Source of the DNA: a virus
Taxonomy: Duplodnaviria > Caudoviricetes
IMG/VR virus record: IMGVR_UViG_3300049740_000912
Location: 1 to 25,090 of that record
Reading direction: 5' to 3' (one strand)
Length of the DNA stretch: 25,090 nt
Part shown: positions 8,602 through 16,856 of the stretch, piece by piece
Layout of the letters: each line of letters starts with the position of its first letter
How positions within the stretch are numbered: the stretch's first letter is position 1
Made by a program: the position numbers and the translations under genes
The notes under the pieces: model-generated
The model's database searches: none
The model's input: the letters and a program-made list of their open reading frames with translations, nothing else
What the model was told of the DNA's origin: nothing

Positions 8602-9640
8602 TACACATTGTGGTATTAGAAATTCTTCAGAAATATTTTTAAATAATTCACAAGACTTTTACGATAAAATTTTCTTTCCAGAATGTGAAAGACAAGGTAT
8701 CGAGCAGATAGTACACTTAGGTGATTATTATGATCATCGTAAGTTTGTAAATTTCAAAGCTCTAAACCACAATCGTAAACATTTCCTAAATGAATTAAGA
8801 AAACGTGGCATGAGAATGGATATTATTCCAGGTAACCATGATACGTACTTCAAAAATACTAATGAACTAAACTCTCTTAAAGAATGTTTAGGTCACTATA
8901 TGAACGAGATTCATATAGTGATGGAGCCTACTGTAATGGAATATGGTTCGCTTAAGCTAGCTTTACTTCCATGGATTTGTAATGACAATTATGAAAGATC
9001 GATGAATTTTATTCGTGATTGTAAAGCTGATTGGTTAGGTGCACATTTAGAATTAAGCGGATTTGATATGATGAAAGGCGTACAAAGTCACGGTGGCATG
9101 GATCATAAGCTTTTTAGTAAATTCGAATTAGTCATGACCGGTCATTTTCATGTTGGATCTCGTAAAGACAATATTTGGTATCTTGGCAGTCAAATGGAAT
9201 TTTTCTGGTCAGATGCTGGAGATAAAAAGTATTTTCATATCGTAGATACCGAAACACGCGAAGTACAAAAAATACATAATCCTTACACTTTATTTGAAAA
9301 AATTGTGTACAATGACGAGCAAATAGATTATAATAACTATGATGTTAGTAATTTAGATAAAAAATTTGTCAAAGTTGTCGTTGTAAATAAATCTGATACC
9401 TTCTTATTTGATCGTTTTATTGATAGAATTCAGAATAGAGATATTCATGAATTAAAAATTGCCGAAAACTTTAATGAGTTTATAGGCGAAAACGTAGAAG
9501 ATGAAGGACTAGCTTTTGATGATACCAGTCAATTAGTTGATGACTATATTGAAAGTGTAGATACTGATTTGGATAAAGATAGAATTAAAGTCCAAATGCG
9601 TGAACTTATGACAGAGGCTCAAGCTCTGGAAATTGCATGA
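8576..9640 (+). CDS. gp47: Recombination endonuclease subunit (Mre11/SbcD-like)
   Basis: Metallophosphoesterase motifs DTH, GDYYD, GNHD, GHFH. Confidence 0.95.
   Translation: MPKLAILNDTHCGIRNSSEIFLNNSQDFYDKIFFPECERQGIEQIVHLGDYYDHRKFVNFKALNHNRKHFLNELRKRGMRMDIIPGNHDTYFKNTNELNSLKECLGHYMNEIHIVMEPTVMEYGSLKLALLPWICNDNYERSMNFIRDCKADWLGAHLELSGFDMMKGVQSHGGMDHKLFSKFELVMTGHFHVGSRKDNIWYLGSQMEFFWSDAGDKKYFHIVDTETREVQKIHNPYTLFEKIVYNDEQIDYNNYDVSNLDKKFVKVVVVNKSDTFLFDRFIDRIQNRDIHELKIAENFNEFIGENVEDEGLAFDDTSQLVDDYIESVDTDLDKDRIKVQMRELMTEAQALEIA
9305..9334 (+). promoter_or_regulatory. Internal promoter GTGTACA-N17-TATAAT inside gp47, upstream of gp46
   Basis: Exact match to the recurring motif: -35 at 9305-9311, -10 at 9329-9334. 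Confidence 0.6.
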
Positions 9641-11346
9641 TTCAATTTAAAAAAATTCGTTATAAAAATTTTCTGTCAACTGGTAATACGTTTACAGAAA
9701 TTGATCTCAACAGCTCTAAGTCTACCTTAGTTGTAGGCCAAAACGGTGCTGGTAAATCCACTATGTTGGATGCCATTTCATTCGCTCTGTTTGGCAAGCC
9801 ACATCGTAATATTAATAAGCCACAGTTGCTTAATAGTATTAATCAAAAAGCATGCGTTGTTGAGGTTGAATTTAGTATTGGGAAATCTGCTTTTAAAATT
9901 GTACGTGGATTAAAACCAAATCTTTTTGAGATTTGGAAAAATGATACGATGATCAATCAGTCTTCTCATGCTAAAGAATACCAAAAGATCCTCGAACAAA
10001 ACATTTTGAAACTTAATCATAAGTCATTTCATCAGGTTGTTGTATTAGGTTCCTCCTCTTTCATACCGTTTATGCAACTACCCACGGGTCACCGCCGTGA
10101 TGTGATCGAGGATCTTTTGGATATTAATGTGTTTTCAAAGATGAATACGTTACTGAAAGAGAAGAATAGTACACTTAAAGATATAATTAAGGATATTACA
10201 TATAAGCTAGACCTATCTAAAAATGCAATTGAAACTCATAATAAATATATTAGAGATGTTAAGGAGTTAACAAATGCAAACATATCAAAAAACAAACATG
10301 AAATACAATCAAGTAAAGAAGAGTCAGAAAAACTACAATCCGAAAACCAAGAACTCTCCTCCGCCATTGAAAAGTCGCAGGGTCCAATCGAGAAAGAAAT
10401 AAATTCTTTACACGATAAAAGACAATCTTTATTACATTATTCTGCACAATTTAAACAGCAGATGTCATCTGTAGTTAAAGATGCTAAATTTTATGAAGAC
10501 AATGAAAATTGTCCAACATGTTCACAATCTATTAGCGAGCAGCTAAGAGAAGAAAAGCTTTTTACTGCTAAAACTAAAGCAAAAGAACTTACTTCCGCTA
10601 TGGAAAAAATTCAAGCGGAATCTATTTCTGTTGAAACTAATTTAGAAAACGCTAATGAATCACTAAATGATATAAGAGAAAAACAATCTGCAATTCATCT
10701 AAATAACCAGCAAATTACTAGATTGCAGGAACGTATTCGTAAATTAGATGAAGAAAATACAGGATCTGCTGTAGCCGATTTAGATAAAGCAAAAGAAGAA
10801 TTAGAAATACTGGTAACTGAAAAGGATAATTTACTAGAAGAAAAGCTTAAACTTTCTGATCAATATTCTTATAATAGTGTTATAACTGAAATGTTAAAAG
10901 ACACTGGCATTAAGACAAAAATTATTAAACAATATTTACCTGTGATAAATAAACTCGTTAATCAATATTTACAAGTTCTTGACTTCTTTGTACACTTTGA
11001 TTTAGACGAAAGCTTTCAAGAAACAATCAGATCTCGTCATCGCGATGAGTTTACGTATGATTCATTTTCTGAAGGAGAAAAGCAAAGAATTGATTTGGCT
11101 CTTCTGTTTACGTGGAGACAAATTGCTAAAATGAAAAATTCAGTAGCTACTAATCTATTGCTTCTTGATGAGACATTTGATTCTTCTCTAGATCATGATG
11201 GTGTTGAAAATCTGTTAAAGATCTTAAATACTTTAGGTAGTGATACCAATATATTTGTTATCTCGCATAAAGGTGAAATCTTAGATGGAAAATTTAATTC
11301 TAAGATTGAATTTATTAAAGAGAAAAACTTTAGTAAAATCAAATAA
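9637..11346 (+). CDS. gp46: Recombination endonuclease ATPase subunit (Rad50/SbcC-like)
   Basis: Walker A GQNGAGKS, CPTC zinc hook, signature FSEGEK, Walker B LLLDETFD. Confidence 0.96.
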   Translation: MIQFKKIRYKNFLSTGNTFTEIDLNSSKSTLVVGQNGAGKSTMLDAISFALFGKPHRNINKPQLLNSINQKACVVEVEFSIGKSAFKIVRGLKPNLFEIWKNDTMINQSSHAKEYQKILEQNILKLNHKSFHQVVVLGSSSFIPFMQLPTGHRRDVIEDLLDINVFSKMNTLLKEKNSTLKDIIKDITYKLDLSKNAIETHNKYIRDVKELTNANISKNKHEIQSSKEESEKLQSENQELSSAIEKSQGPIEKEINSLHDKRQSLLHYSAQFKQQMSSVVKDAKFYEDNENCPTCSQSISEQLREEKLFTAKTKAKELTSAMEKIQAESISVETNLENANESLNDIREKQSAIHLNNQQITRLQERIRKLDEENTGSAVADLDKAKEELEILVTEKDNLLEEKLKLSDQYSYNSVITEMLKDTGIKTKIIKQYLPVINKLVNQYLQVLDFFVHFDLDESFQETIRSRHRDEFTYDSFSEGEKQRIDLALLFTWRQIAKMKNSVATNLLLLDETFDSSLDHDGVENLLKILNTLGSDTNIFVISHKGEILDGKFNSKIEFIKEKNFSKIK

Positions 11347-11350
11347 AACT

Positions 11351-11380
11351 GTGTACATTCCTATGGAACTGTATTATAAT
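11351..11380 (+). promoter_or_regulatory. Promoter GTGTACA-N17-TATAAT for gp45
   Basis: -35 at 11351-11357, -10 at 11375-11380, intergenic. Confidence 0.82.
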
Positions 11381-11409
11381 ATACTAATAATGAAACATGG
11401 AGTTATATT

Positions 11410-12087
11410 ATGGAATTAAGTGACGGTACTCTTCAAGTCCTTAAGAATTTTTCTGGCATTAATCAGAACATTCTTATTAACCAAGGTCAAAGCTTGAAGA
11501 CAATTAGTGAAGCTAGAAATGTATTAGCTCGAGCTAATATTACTGAAGAATTTACAAAGAAATTTGGGATCTACGATCTCAATGAATTTATCGGTGTATT
11601 ATCATTGGTAGATACTCCTCGTCTAAAATTTGATGATGAGCATGTTACTGTCGGTGATTCAACTGGTAGATCAAAAGTCAAATACTTCTTCTCTTCTGAA
11701 GATACTTTGACAACCCCACAAAAAGACATTACTATGCCTGAAGCAGATCTAAAGTTTGTGCTTGATAATGATACATTAAATAAGCTTAAGCGTGCAGCAT
11801 CTACTCTTGGTCATAGTGAACTATCTATTTCTGGCAAAGATGGTATCTTAAGTCTTTCTGTGGTTGATAGCCAGAACTACACCTCAAACTCGTATTCAAT
11901 CGATATTGATGGTGACTTTAAGGAGGATGCTGTTTTTAACTTTATCCTAAATATTGGAAATCTTAAGATCCTGCCTGGCGATTATGATGTTGAGATTTCT
12001 TCCAAACTAATCACGCAATTCAAAAACAAAGACATCGATGTCACATACTGGATTGCACTTGAAAAGACGTCTAAATTTGGAGTTTAA
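11410..12087 (+). CDS. gp45: DNA polymerase sliding clamp
   Basis: LKNFSGINQNILI, FGIYDLNEF and YWIALE motifs; synteny. Confidence 0.93.
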   Translation: MELSDGTLQVLKNFSGINQNILINQGQSLKTISEARNVLARANITEEFTKKFGIYDLNEFIGVLSLVDTPRLKFDDEHVTVGDSTGRSKVKYFFSSEDTLTTPQKDITMPEADLKFVLDNDTLNKLKRAASTLGHSELSISGKDGILSLSVVDSQNYTSNSYSIDIDGDFKEDAVFNFILNIGNLKILPGDYDVEISSKLITQFKNKDIDVTYWIALEKTSKFGV

Positions 12088-12089
12088 AT

Positions 12090-12341
12090 ATGTCTGAAAA
12101 TGTAGAACAATTGCAAGAACTTGCAAATCGTAGCAGCCGTTCAATGGTTGCAGTTATTGATGCTGTCACACAACGTGGTGGCTTTAAAGGTGAAGAGCTT
12201 TCGACTATCGGTCAACTTCGCGACCAATGTATTCAAGTCATCCAGCTTTGTGAGCAAATGACTCAAGATAATGCGATGGAAGTTGATGACGAAGAAGTTA
12301 ATGTTGAAGTCGCGATGGATGAGGATGCAGCTACAGAATAG
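12090..12341 (+). CDS. Hypothetical protein (acidic tail)
   Basis: GGAG RBS; 83 aa ORF between gp45 and gp44 with an IDAVTQRGGFKGEEL motif. Confidence 0.7.
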   Translation: MSENVEQLQELANRSSRSMVAVIDAVTQRGGFKGEELSTIGQLRDQCIQVIQLCEQMTQDNAMEVDDEEVNVEVAMDEDAATE

Positions 12342-12371
12342 GTTTACAAACTCGTGAATACGTGATATAAT
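12342..12371 (+). promoter_or_regulatory. Promoter GTTTACA-N17-TATAAT for gp44-gp62-regA
   Basis: -35 GTTTACA (T4 early consensus GTTTAC) at 12342-12348, TGA-TATAAT extended -10 with the hexamer at 12366-12371. Confidence 0.82.
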
Positions 12372-12395
12372 TATTTTTTGTTATGGAGTTTGTAA

Positions 12396-13331
12396 ATGAA
12401 TGATTTTCTCTGGGTCGAGAAGTACCGTCCTCGTACAGTTGCTGAAACTATCCTACCGGATGGCCTTAAGCAAACATTCCAGAGTCTAGTTGATACCGGT
12501 GAATTGCCTAATATGCTTTTCACCGGTACGGCTGGTCTCGGGAAAACCACAGTAGCTAAAGCTCTGTGTAATGAACTAGACCTTGATTACATTGTAATTA
12601 ATGGTTCTGAAGAAGGCAATATTGACACCCTTCGTGGTAAGATTAAACAGTTTGCTTCTTCTGTTTCCCTGCAAGGTGGAGTCAAAGTAGTTATACTTGA
12701 CGAAGCCGATTATCTAAACCCTCAATCAACACAGCCAGCTCTTCGCGGTTTTATCGAAGAGTTTGCAAACAATTGCCGGTTTATTTTAACTTGTAATTTT
12801 AAGAATCGTATTATTGAACCACTTCATTCTCGTTGTGGTGTTTATGAGTTCAATACAACTAAAAAAGATATGGTACAACTATGCGGTGAGTTTATGGACC
12901 ACGCCGCTAGTATTCTATACAAAGAAGAAGTATCTTTTGATAGTCACGCCCTTGCCGATCTCATAATGAAATATGCGCCTGATTGGAGAAGAGTACTTAA
13001 TGAGCTTCAAAGGTTTTCTGTCACTGGTAAAATCGATGCTAATGTGGTTAACAATAATCGTAGCAGCAATTATTCTGATTTATTTAAGTATCTAAAGGAC
13101 AAAGAGTTTAAGAAGATGCGTTCATGGGTTGTCAATAATATTGATACCGATGCTTCAGCAATTTTTAGAGCTGTATATGATGATATGTCAGATAAGGTTC
13201 AACCACAATCTATTCCACAACTTGTTCTTATCCTTGCTGACTATCAATATAAGAATGCATTTGTTGCAGATCATGAACTAAATGTGGTTGCATGTATGAC
13301 GGAGATTATGGCTAATGTCGAATTCGCTTAA
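12396..13331 (+). CDS. gp44: Clamp loader large subunit (AAA+)
   Basis: LWVEKYRP, GTAGLGKTT, DEAD and SRC motifs. Confidence 0.96.
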   Translation: MNDFLWVEKYRPRTVAETILPDGLKQTFQSLVDTGELPNMLFTGTAGLGKTTVAKALCNELDLDYIVINGSEEGNIDTLRGKIKQFASSVSLQGGVKVVILDEADYLNPQSTQPALRGFIEEFANNCRFILTCNFKNRIIEPLHSRCGVYEFNTTKKDMVQLCGEFMDHAASILYKEEVSFDSHALADLIMKYAPDWRRVLNELQRFSVTGKIDANVVNNNRSSNYSDLFKYLKDKEFKKMRSWVVNNIDTDASAIFRAVYDDMSDKVQPQSIPQLVLILADYQYKNAFVADHELNVVACMTEIMANVEFA

Positions 13332-13704
13332 TCCGTTTGAATTTATTAACGCCATCAATACTACTAAAAAGGATATTATGGTAGATGACATCACCGAAAA
13401 GCAATATAACTCTTTTATGGTTAATCGTAGTCTATCTTACTTTAATGACACTGTACTTATGGCTAACGAAATGAATATCAACCACCATCTAGATAACCGT
13501 TTACAATTTGACTTTTTTATAAATATAGTTAGAAAGAAGAAACGGTTTTCCAAATGGATTAAACCTGAAACTTTCGGTGATGTGGAAGTAGTCAAAGCTT
13601 ATTATGGTTACAGCAATGAAAAAGCTCGCCAAGCCTTGTCCCTTCTCACAAAAAAGCAACTAGACTTATTGAAGAAGAAGGTTTACAAAGGTGGAAGAAA
13701 ATAA
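13315..13704 (+). CDS. gp62: Clamp loader small subunit
   Basis: YNSFMVNRSLS, ANEMN, RKKKRFSKW and YYGYSNEKA motifs; follows gp44. Confidence 0.92.
   Translation: MSNSLNPFEFINAINTTKKDIMVDDITEKQYNSFMVNRSLSYFNDTVLMANEMNINHHLDNRLQFDFFINIVRKKKRFSKWIKPETFGDVEVVKAYYGYSNEKARQALSLLTKKQLDLLKKKVYKGGRK
13518..13525 (+). promoter_or_regulatory. Possible late promoter TATAAATA inside gp62, upstream of regA
   Basis: Exact late consensus about 170 nt before regA, but within AT-rich coding sequence. Confidence 0.4.
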
Positions 13705-14104
13705 TTTAATTGAGTGGATTCCAGGCGATATGCTGGAAGTAACTCTAAACGAGCCAGATGATTTCCTTAAAATTAAAGAAACTCTAACTCGCATCGGTGT
13801 AGCGTCAAGAAAAGACAACAAGCTATATCAGTCGTGTCATATCTTGCATAAACAAGGTAGATATTTTATTGTGCATTTTAAGGAATTGTTTTTACTTGAT
13901 GGTAAAAAGTCTAACTTAGAAGAAAATGATCTTGCACGCAGAAATACAATTGCAACTCTTATGAGTGATTGGGGTTTACTTTCAATTGTGAATAAAGAAA
14001 GTACACATCCATTGGCACCACTTAGACAGATTAAGATCATTCCTTACAAAGAAAAATCTAATTGGGAACTTTGTCCTAAATATAACATTGGTAATAAATC
14101 GTGA
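13691..14104 (+). CDS. regA: Translational repressor RegA
   Basis: PDDFLKIKETLTRIGVAS, LYQSCHILHKQGRYFIVHFKELF and WELCPKYNIG motifs. Confidence 0.96.
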   Translation: MEENNLIEWIPGDMLEVTLNEPDDFLKIKETLTRIGVASRKDNKLYQSCHILHKQGRYFIVHFKELFLLDGKKSNLEENDLARRNTIATLMSDWGLLSIVNKESTHPLAPLRQIKIIPYKEKSNWELCPKYNIGNKS

Positions 14105-14229
14105 AAAAAATTATAGAGTGGTGGCATAATACCGATAGTATTGAGATGTTTCTCTTTGCGACGCTTGCATTCTGTCTCGGATGGGGTCTATATCAAGTTA
14201 TAGTAGCACTGATAGGAAGATTCTTTTAA
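14101..14229 (+). CDS. Small single-pass membrane protein (42 aa), not in the ORF track
   Basis: GTG overlaps the regA stop (GTGA); MKKIIEWWHNTDSIEMFLFATLAFCLGWGLYQVIVALIGRFF*; its TAA overlaps the next ATG (TAATG). Confidence 0.6.
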   Translation: MKKIIEWWHNTDSIEMFLFATLAFCLGWGLYQVIVALIGRFF

Positions 14230-14729
14230 TGTATAAAGTAACAGCATACTTTAGAGATTATAAGATAACTCAAAAATTCTATGGCTTATATGATGCCATA
14301 GAATTTAAAGATAATGTAGAAGCACATTATCCTACTAATTTAATATTTGAAAAAGGAGTATATTCAATGAGAGAAACTATTGTAAATACTTGGAATTCTG
14401 TAATGAACGCCAATGTTAATCCTCTGCGTCACATTCCAGATCTTAACGCCAGACATATGGTACTTCAGGTCCTGGCTTGGATGTGGTGCATTATATTTGG
14501 ATTTATTGTTAGTAGCTGGACAGTATTTGGAATTAGCGCAATTGCACATGTTGCCTTACTAGCAGGCATATGCCTTACAGTAGGAACATTTGAAACAGCT
14601 AAACGTAATCCATCAGTTTTTAATTTGCGCACTGGTTATCACAGTGTAAGTCGCACGCGCCAATATATGTGGATTGATGGAAAAAAAATTACCCTTGATT
14701 CACATGATCCTGGCGGAGAACATATTTAA
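14229..14729 (+). CDS. Hypothetical membrane protein (two TM segments); alternative in-frame start at 14367
   Basis: Coupled ATG at 14229; strong AAGGAG RBS before ATG 14367; hydrophobic VLQVLAWMWCIIFGFIV and FGISAIAHVALLAGICLTV segments. Confidence 0.65.
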   Translation: MYKVTAYFRDYKITQKFYGLYDAIEFKDNVEAHYPTNLIFEKGVYSMRETIVNTWNSVMNANVNPLRHIPDLNARHMVLQVLAWMWCIIFGFIVSSWTVFGISAIAHVALLAGICLTVGTFETAKRNPSVFNLRTGYHSVSRTRQYMWIDGKKITLDSHDPGGEHI

Positions 14730-14742
14730 TTTTAATATAACT

Positions 14743-14775
14743 ATGTACTTTTAAAAAAAAAGTACTATATATAAT
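14743..14775 (+). promoter_or_regulatory. Probable promoter for hsp20 (ATGTACT ... TATATATAAT)
   Basis: Degenerate copy of the recurring motif; -10 register ambiguous. Confidence 0.45.
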
Positions 14776-14778
14776 ATA

Positions 14779-14832
14779 GGATGCCGCATTGTGCGGGTCC
14801 ATCTACAACCTTGCTTATTGGAGGTCAATATG
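14779..14832 (+). promoter_or_regulatory. ROSE-like RNA thermometer in the hsp20 5' UTR
   Basis: 5' hairpin GGAT-G-CCGCA-TTG-TGCGG-GTCC (14779-14800), then ACC-TTGCT-TATT-GGAGGT (14808-14825), which pairs the U(U/C)GCU motif with the Shine-Dalgarno leaving a bulged G. Confidence 0.65.
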
Positions 14833-15309
14833 ACTAATAACACACTTACTTTCCCGCGTGGTGCATTTGTAGGATTCGATCATATTTTTAATGATCTGGA
14901 GCGTATGGCTCAGTCCCACAAGAAAGACCATTATCCACCACATAACGTCGTACATTTAGCAGACGATCGATATTTGATTGAACTAGCAGTTGTTGGTTTC
15001 AAAGAATCTGATATTGATATTACTATGCATGATGGTATTCTTACTGTAAAAGGTAATCGCGATCAAAGACGTAATCAAGAAATGTATGTACATAAGGGAA
15101 TCAGCGGTCGTAAATTCGAGAGATCATTTAGACTCTCTGAATTTGTAGAAGTTAAAGGAGCAGATCTTCAGGACGGTCTATTAGCAATTCGCCTAGAGCG
15201 AGTTATCCCTGATGAAAAGCGTCCCCGTAAAATCTTAATCACAAACGGGGTAGAAAACAATGACAACCTTAACACTACAAAGCCTGAGCTTCTCAACGAA
15301 GATTCTTGA
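14830..15309 (+). CDS. hsp20: Small heat shock protein (Hsp20/IbpA family)
   Basis: FVGFD, YPPHNV, IELAVVGF, HKGISGRKFERSFRL, GADLQDGLL and C-terminal KPR-like IxI motif; GGAGG RBS before ATG 14830. Confidence 0.93.
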   Translation: MTNNTLTFPRGAFVGFDHIFNDLERMAQSHKKDHYPPHNVVHLADDRYLIELAVVGFKESDIDITMHDGILTVKGNRDQRRNQEMYVHKGISGRKFERSFRLSEFVEVKGADLQDGLLAIRLERVIPDEKRPRKILITNGVENNDNLNTTKPELLNEDS

Positions 15310-15508
15310 GAAGGTATTAGGACTAGTTAAGAACACTTTCAAAGGTATGATGATCGGTTATATGATCGCTCGTCAAACACAAGCCAATAGACATATTGCC
15401 GAACAACTTTGCCGCTATGGCGAGTATAGGCACGATGAATATTGGAACCTGTTAAGTGATCTAAATCAGAAAACCATCCAAGATATTCAAGAGGAATTCG
15501 GCAGATGA
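15260..15508 (+). CDS. Hypothetical protein
   Basis: 82 aa ORF overlapping the hsp20 3' end by 50 nt; its stop overlaps the next ATG (ATGA). Confidence 0.6.
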   Translation: MTTLTLQSLSFSTKILEKVLGLVKNTFKGMMIGYMIARQTQANRHIAEQLCRYGEYRHDEYWNLLSDLNQKTIQDIQEEFGR

Positions 15509-15651
15509 TTAACTGGATTAGAGATCTATTTACTAGAACAAACATGTCCTATCAACAAAAACAAATTGAAAAGTATTTGGCTAACTCATCTGACCTAGTC
15601 GACTTAGAGCGGCGGCAAAGAGAACTTACACACGGAAGGTTTAAGCTGTAA
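15505..15651 (+). CDS. DUF3563-like small protein (48 aa), not in the ORF track
   Basis: MINWIRDLFTRTNMSYQQKQIEKYLANSSDLVDLERRQRELTHGRFKL*; 'YLA.S.DL.DLERR.REL' motif; GAGGA RBS; coupled at both ends. Confidence 0.7.
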   Translation: MINWIRDLFTRTNMSYQQKQIEKYLANSSDLVDLERRQRELTHGRFKL

Positions 15652-16079
15652 TGAAAACACTAGCTTTTTATCTAACAGCATTTGCTGTTATGTTTACTGT
15701 AGGGGTTGCTAATGCAACTACTATTGAAATGCTTAACAAAGATGCTGATGGTAACAAGATGGTCTATAGCGAAGAGATTGCTCGTGTTTCTGTAGGCGAT
15801 ACAGTTACGTGGGTACCCGCTTCGAAAGGTCACAATGTAGAAATGATTGCAGGACCTGATGGAGCAGCTCTTCCAAAGAAGTCTAAGAATAGTAAAGAAG
15901 TTTCTATGACTTTTGAAGTACCTGGTATTTACTATTATTGGTGTACACCGCACAAAGGCATGGGCATGATTGGCCTTGTTGTAGTCGGTGATGATGTGTC
16001 TAATAAAGATACAATTGCTAAAGCTAAAGCAATGGGTAAATCAAAAAAGAAACTAAAGGCTCTCTTAGGCCAATTGTGA
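15651..16079 (+). CDS. Pseudoazurin-type blue (type 1) copper protein with signal peptide
   Basis: Signal peptide ending ANA; mature IEMLNK...MVY; ligands GHNVE and YYYWCTPHKGMGM (His, Cys, His, Met); C-terminal helical extension characteristic of pseudoazurin. Confidence 0.88.
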   Translation: MKTLAFYLTAFAVMFTVGVANATTIEMLNKDADGNKMVYSEEIARVSVGDTVTWVPASKGHNVEMIAGPDGAALPKKSKNSKEVSMTFEVPGIYYYWCTPHKGMGMIGLVVVGDDVSNKDTIAKAKAMGKSKKKLKALLGQL

Positions 16080-16080
16080 A

Positions 16081-16122
16081 ATGTGGCCATACGCTAAAGA
16101 AGAAAATGATTTTCTAGGATAA
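16081..16122 (+). CDS. Putative 13-aa micro-ORF MWPYAKEENDFLG
   Basis: ATG 1 nt after the pseudoazurin stop; ends just before the hairpin. Confidence 0.3.
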   Translation: MWPYAKEENDFLG

Positions 16123-16127
16123 ATATT

Positions 16128-16155
16128 AAAAGGAGCAAATCTCTTGCTCCTTTTT
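16128..16155 (+). terminator. Rho-independent terminator
   Basis: AAAAGGAGCAA-atctc-TTGCTCCTTTT, an 11-bp stem ending in a T run at the end of the hsp20-pseudoazurin operon. Confidence 0.75.
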
Positions 16156-16172
16156 CCTTTAGGAGAAAAATA

Positions 16173-16352
16173 ATGGTAAAACCTAATGAGAAATTTAATT
16201 TAGATATAAAAGATGTACATCTAATTGAAACGTCTTTAAGGTATTTGCACAGTTTAGATCCAGAAAAAGCGAAAGAAATACAACAACTATTAGGTAAAAT
16301 ACATAATCAAAAGAATTGGTATAGACCTAAAAATAACTATGTAAGTGGATAG
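16173..16352 (+). CDS. Hypothetical protein (59 aa), not in the ORF track
   Basis: AGGAG RBS; MVKPNEKFNLDIKDVHLIETSLR...LLGKIHNQKNWYRPKNNYVSG*. Confidence 0.7.
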   Translation: MVKPNEKFNLDIKDVHLIETSLRYLHSLDPEKAKEIQQLLGKIHNQKNWYRPKNNYVSG

Positions 16353-16357
16353 ATAAA

Positions 16358-16801
16358 ATGGATTTAGAACAATTACGAGAAGAATTAAAGGTTGACGAGG
16401 GAGTAAAGTATGAGATTTATCTCGATCATCTTGGGCTTCCTACTTTTGGCATCGGTCACTTGGTCTTGGATACAGATCCAGAACATGGCATGGCTGTTGG
16501 AACGCCAGTCAGTGAGGATAGAGTCAATGCGTGTTTCGATACAGATGTTGCAATCGTCATTGACGAATGTAGGAAACTGTACGAGGACTTCGACAATTTA
16601 CCTGGAGAAGCCCAACTCATCATTGCAAATATGCTCTTTAACATGGGACGTCCAAGACTTTCTAAATTTGTTGGAATGAAACGTGGAGTAGATGCGGGTG
16701 ATTGGAACGCTGCAGCTAATGAAATGGTAGACTCTCGTTGGTATAGACAGGTTACCAATAGAGCTGATCGCTTAGTAGAAAGAATGAGAAAGATCGTATA
16801 A
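16358..16801 (+). CDS. T4-type lysozyme (GH24) endolysin
   Basis: E14-D23-T29 in DEGVKYEIYLDHLGLPTFGIGHL matches the T4 lysozyme E11/D20/T26 spacing; FNMG and SRWYRQV.NRA motifs. Confidence 0.9.
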   Translation: MDLEQLREELKVDEGVKYEIYLDHLGLPTFGIGHLVLDTDPEHGMAVGTPVSEDRVNACFDTDVAIVIDECRKLYEDFDNLPGEAQLIIANMLFNMGRPRLSKFVGMKRGVDAGDWNAAANEMVDSRWYRQVTNRADRLVERMRKIV

Positions 16802-16805
16802 AGTA

Positions 16806-16835
16806 GTGTACATTTGCTTCAAAGTTTGATATAAT
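16806..16835 (+). promoter_or_regulatory. Promoter GTGTACA-N17-TATAAT for gp43
   Basis: -35 at 16806-16812, TGA-TATAAT with the hexamer at 16830-16835. Confidence 0.82.
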
Positions 16836-16856
16836 ATACTATGTTTTGGAGGTTAT

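Noticed and set aside
13681-13710. GTTTACA-N17-TTTAAT at the gp62/regA junction as another promoter
   Set aside because: Imperfect -10, and transcription would start inside regA; may be chance.
14779-14800. tRNA or terminator at the GC-rich hairpin before hsp20
   Set aside because: No cloverleaf or T-loop and no U tract; better explained as part of a 5' UTR structure.
15651-16079. Cyanophage plastocyanin (petE), implying a cyanobacterial host
   Set aside because: MLNK N-terminus, short CTPHxxMGM loop and C-terminal helices fit pseudoazurin; no photosynthesis genes in the window.
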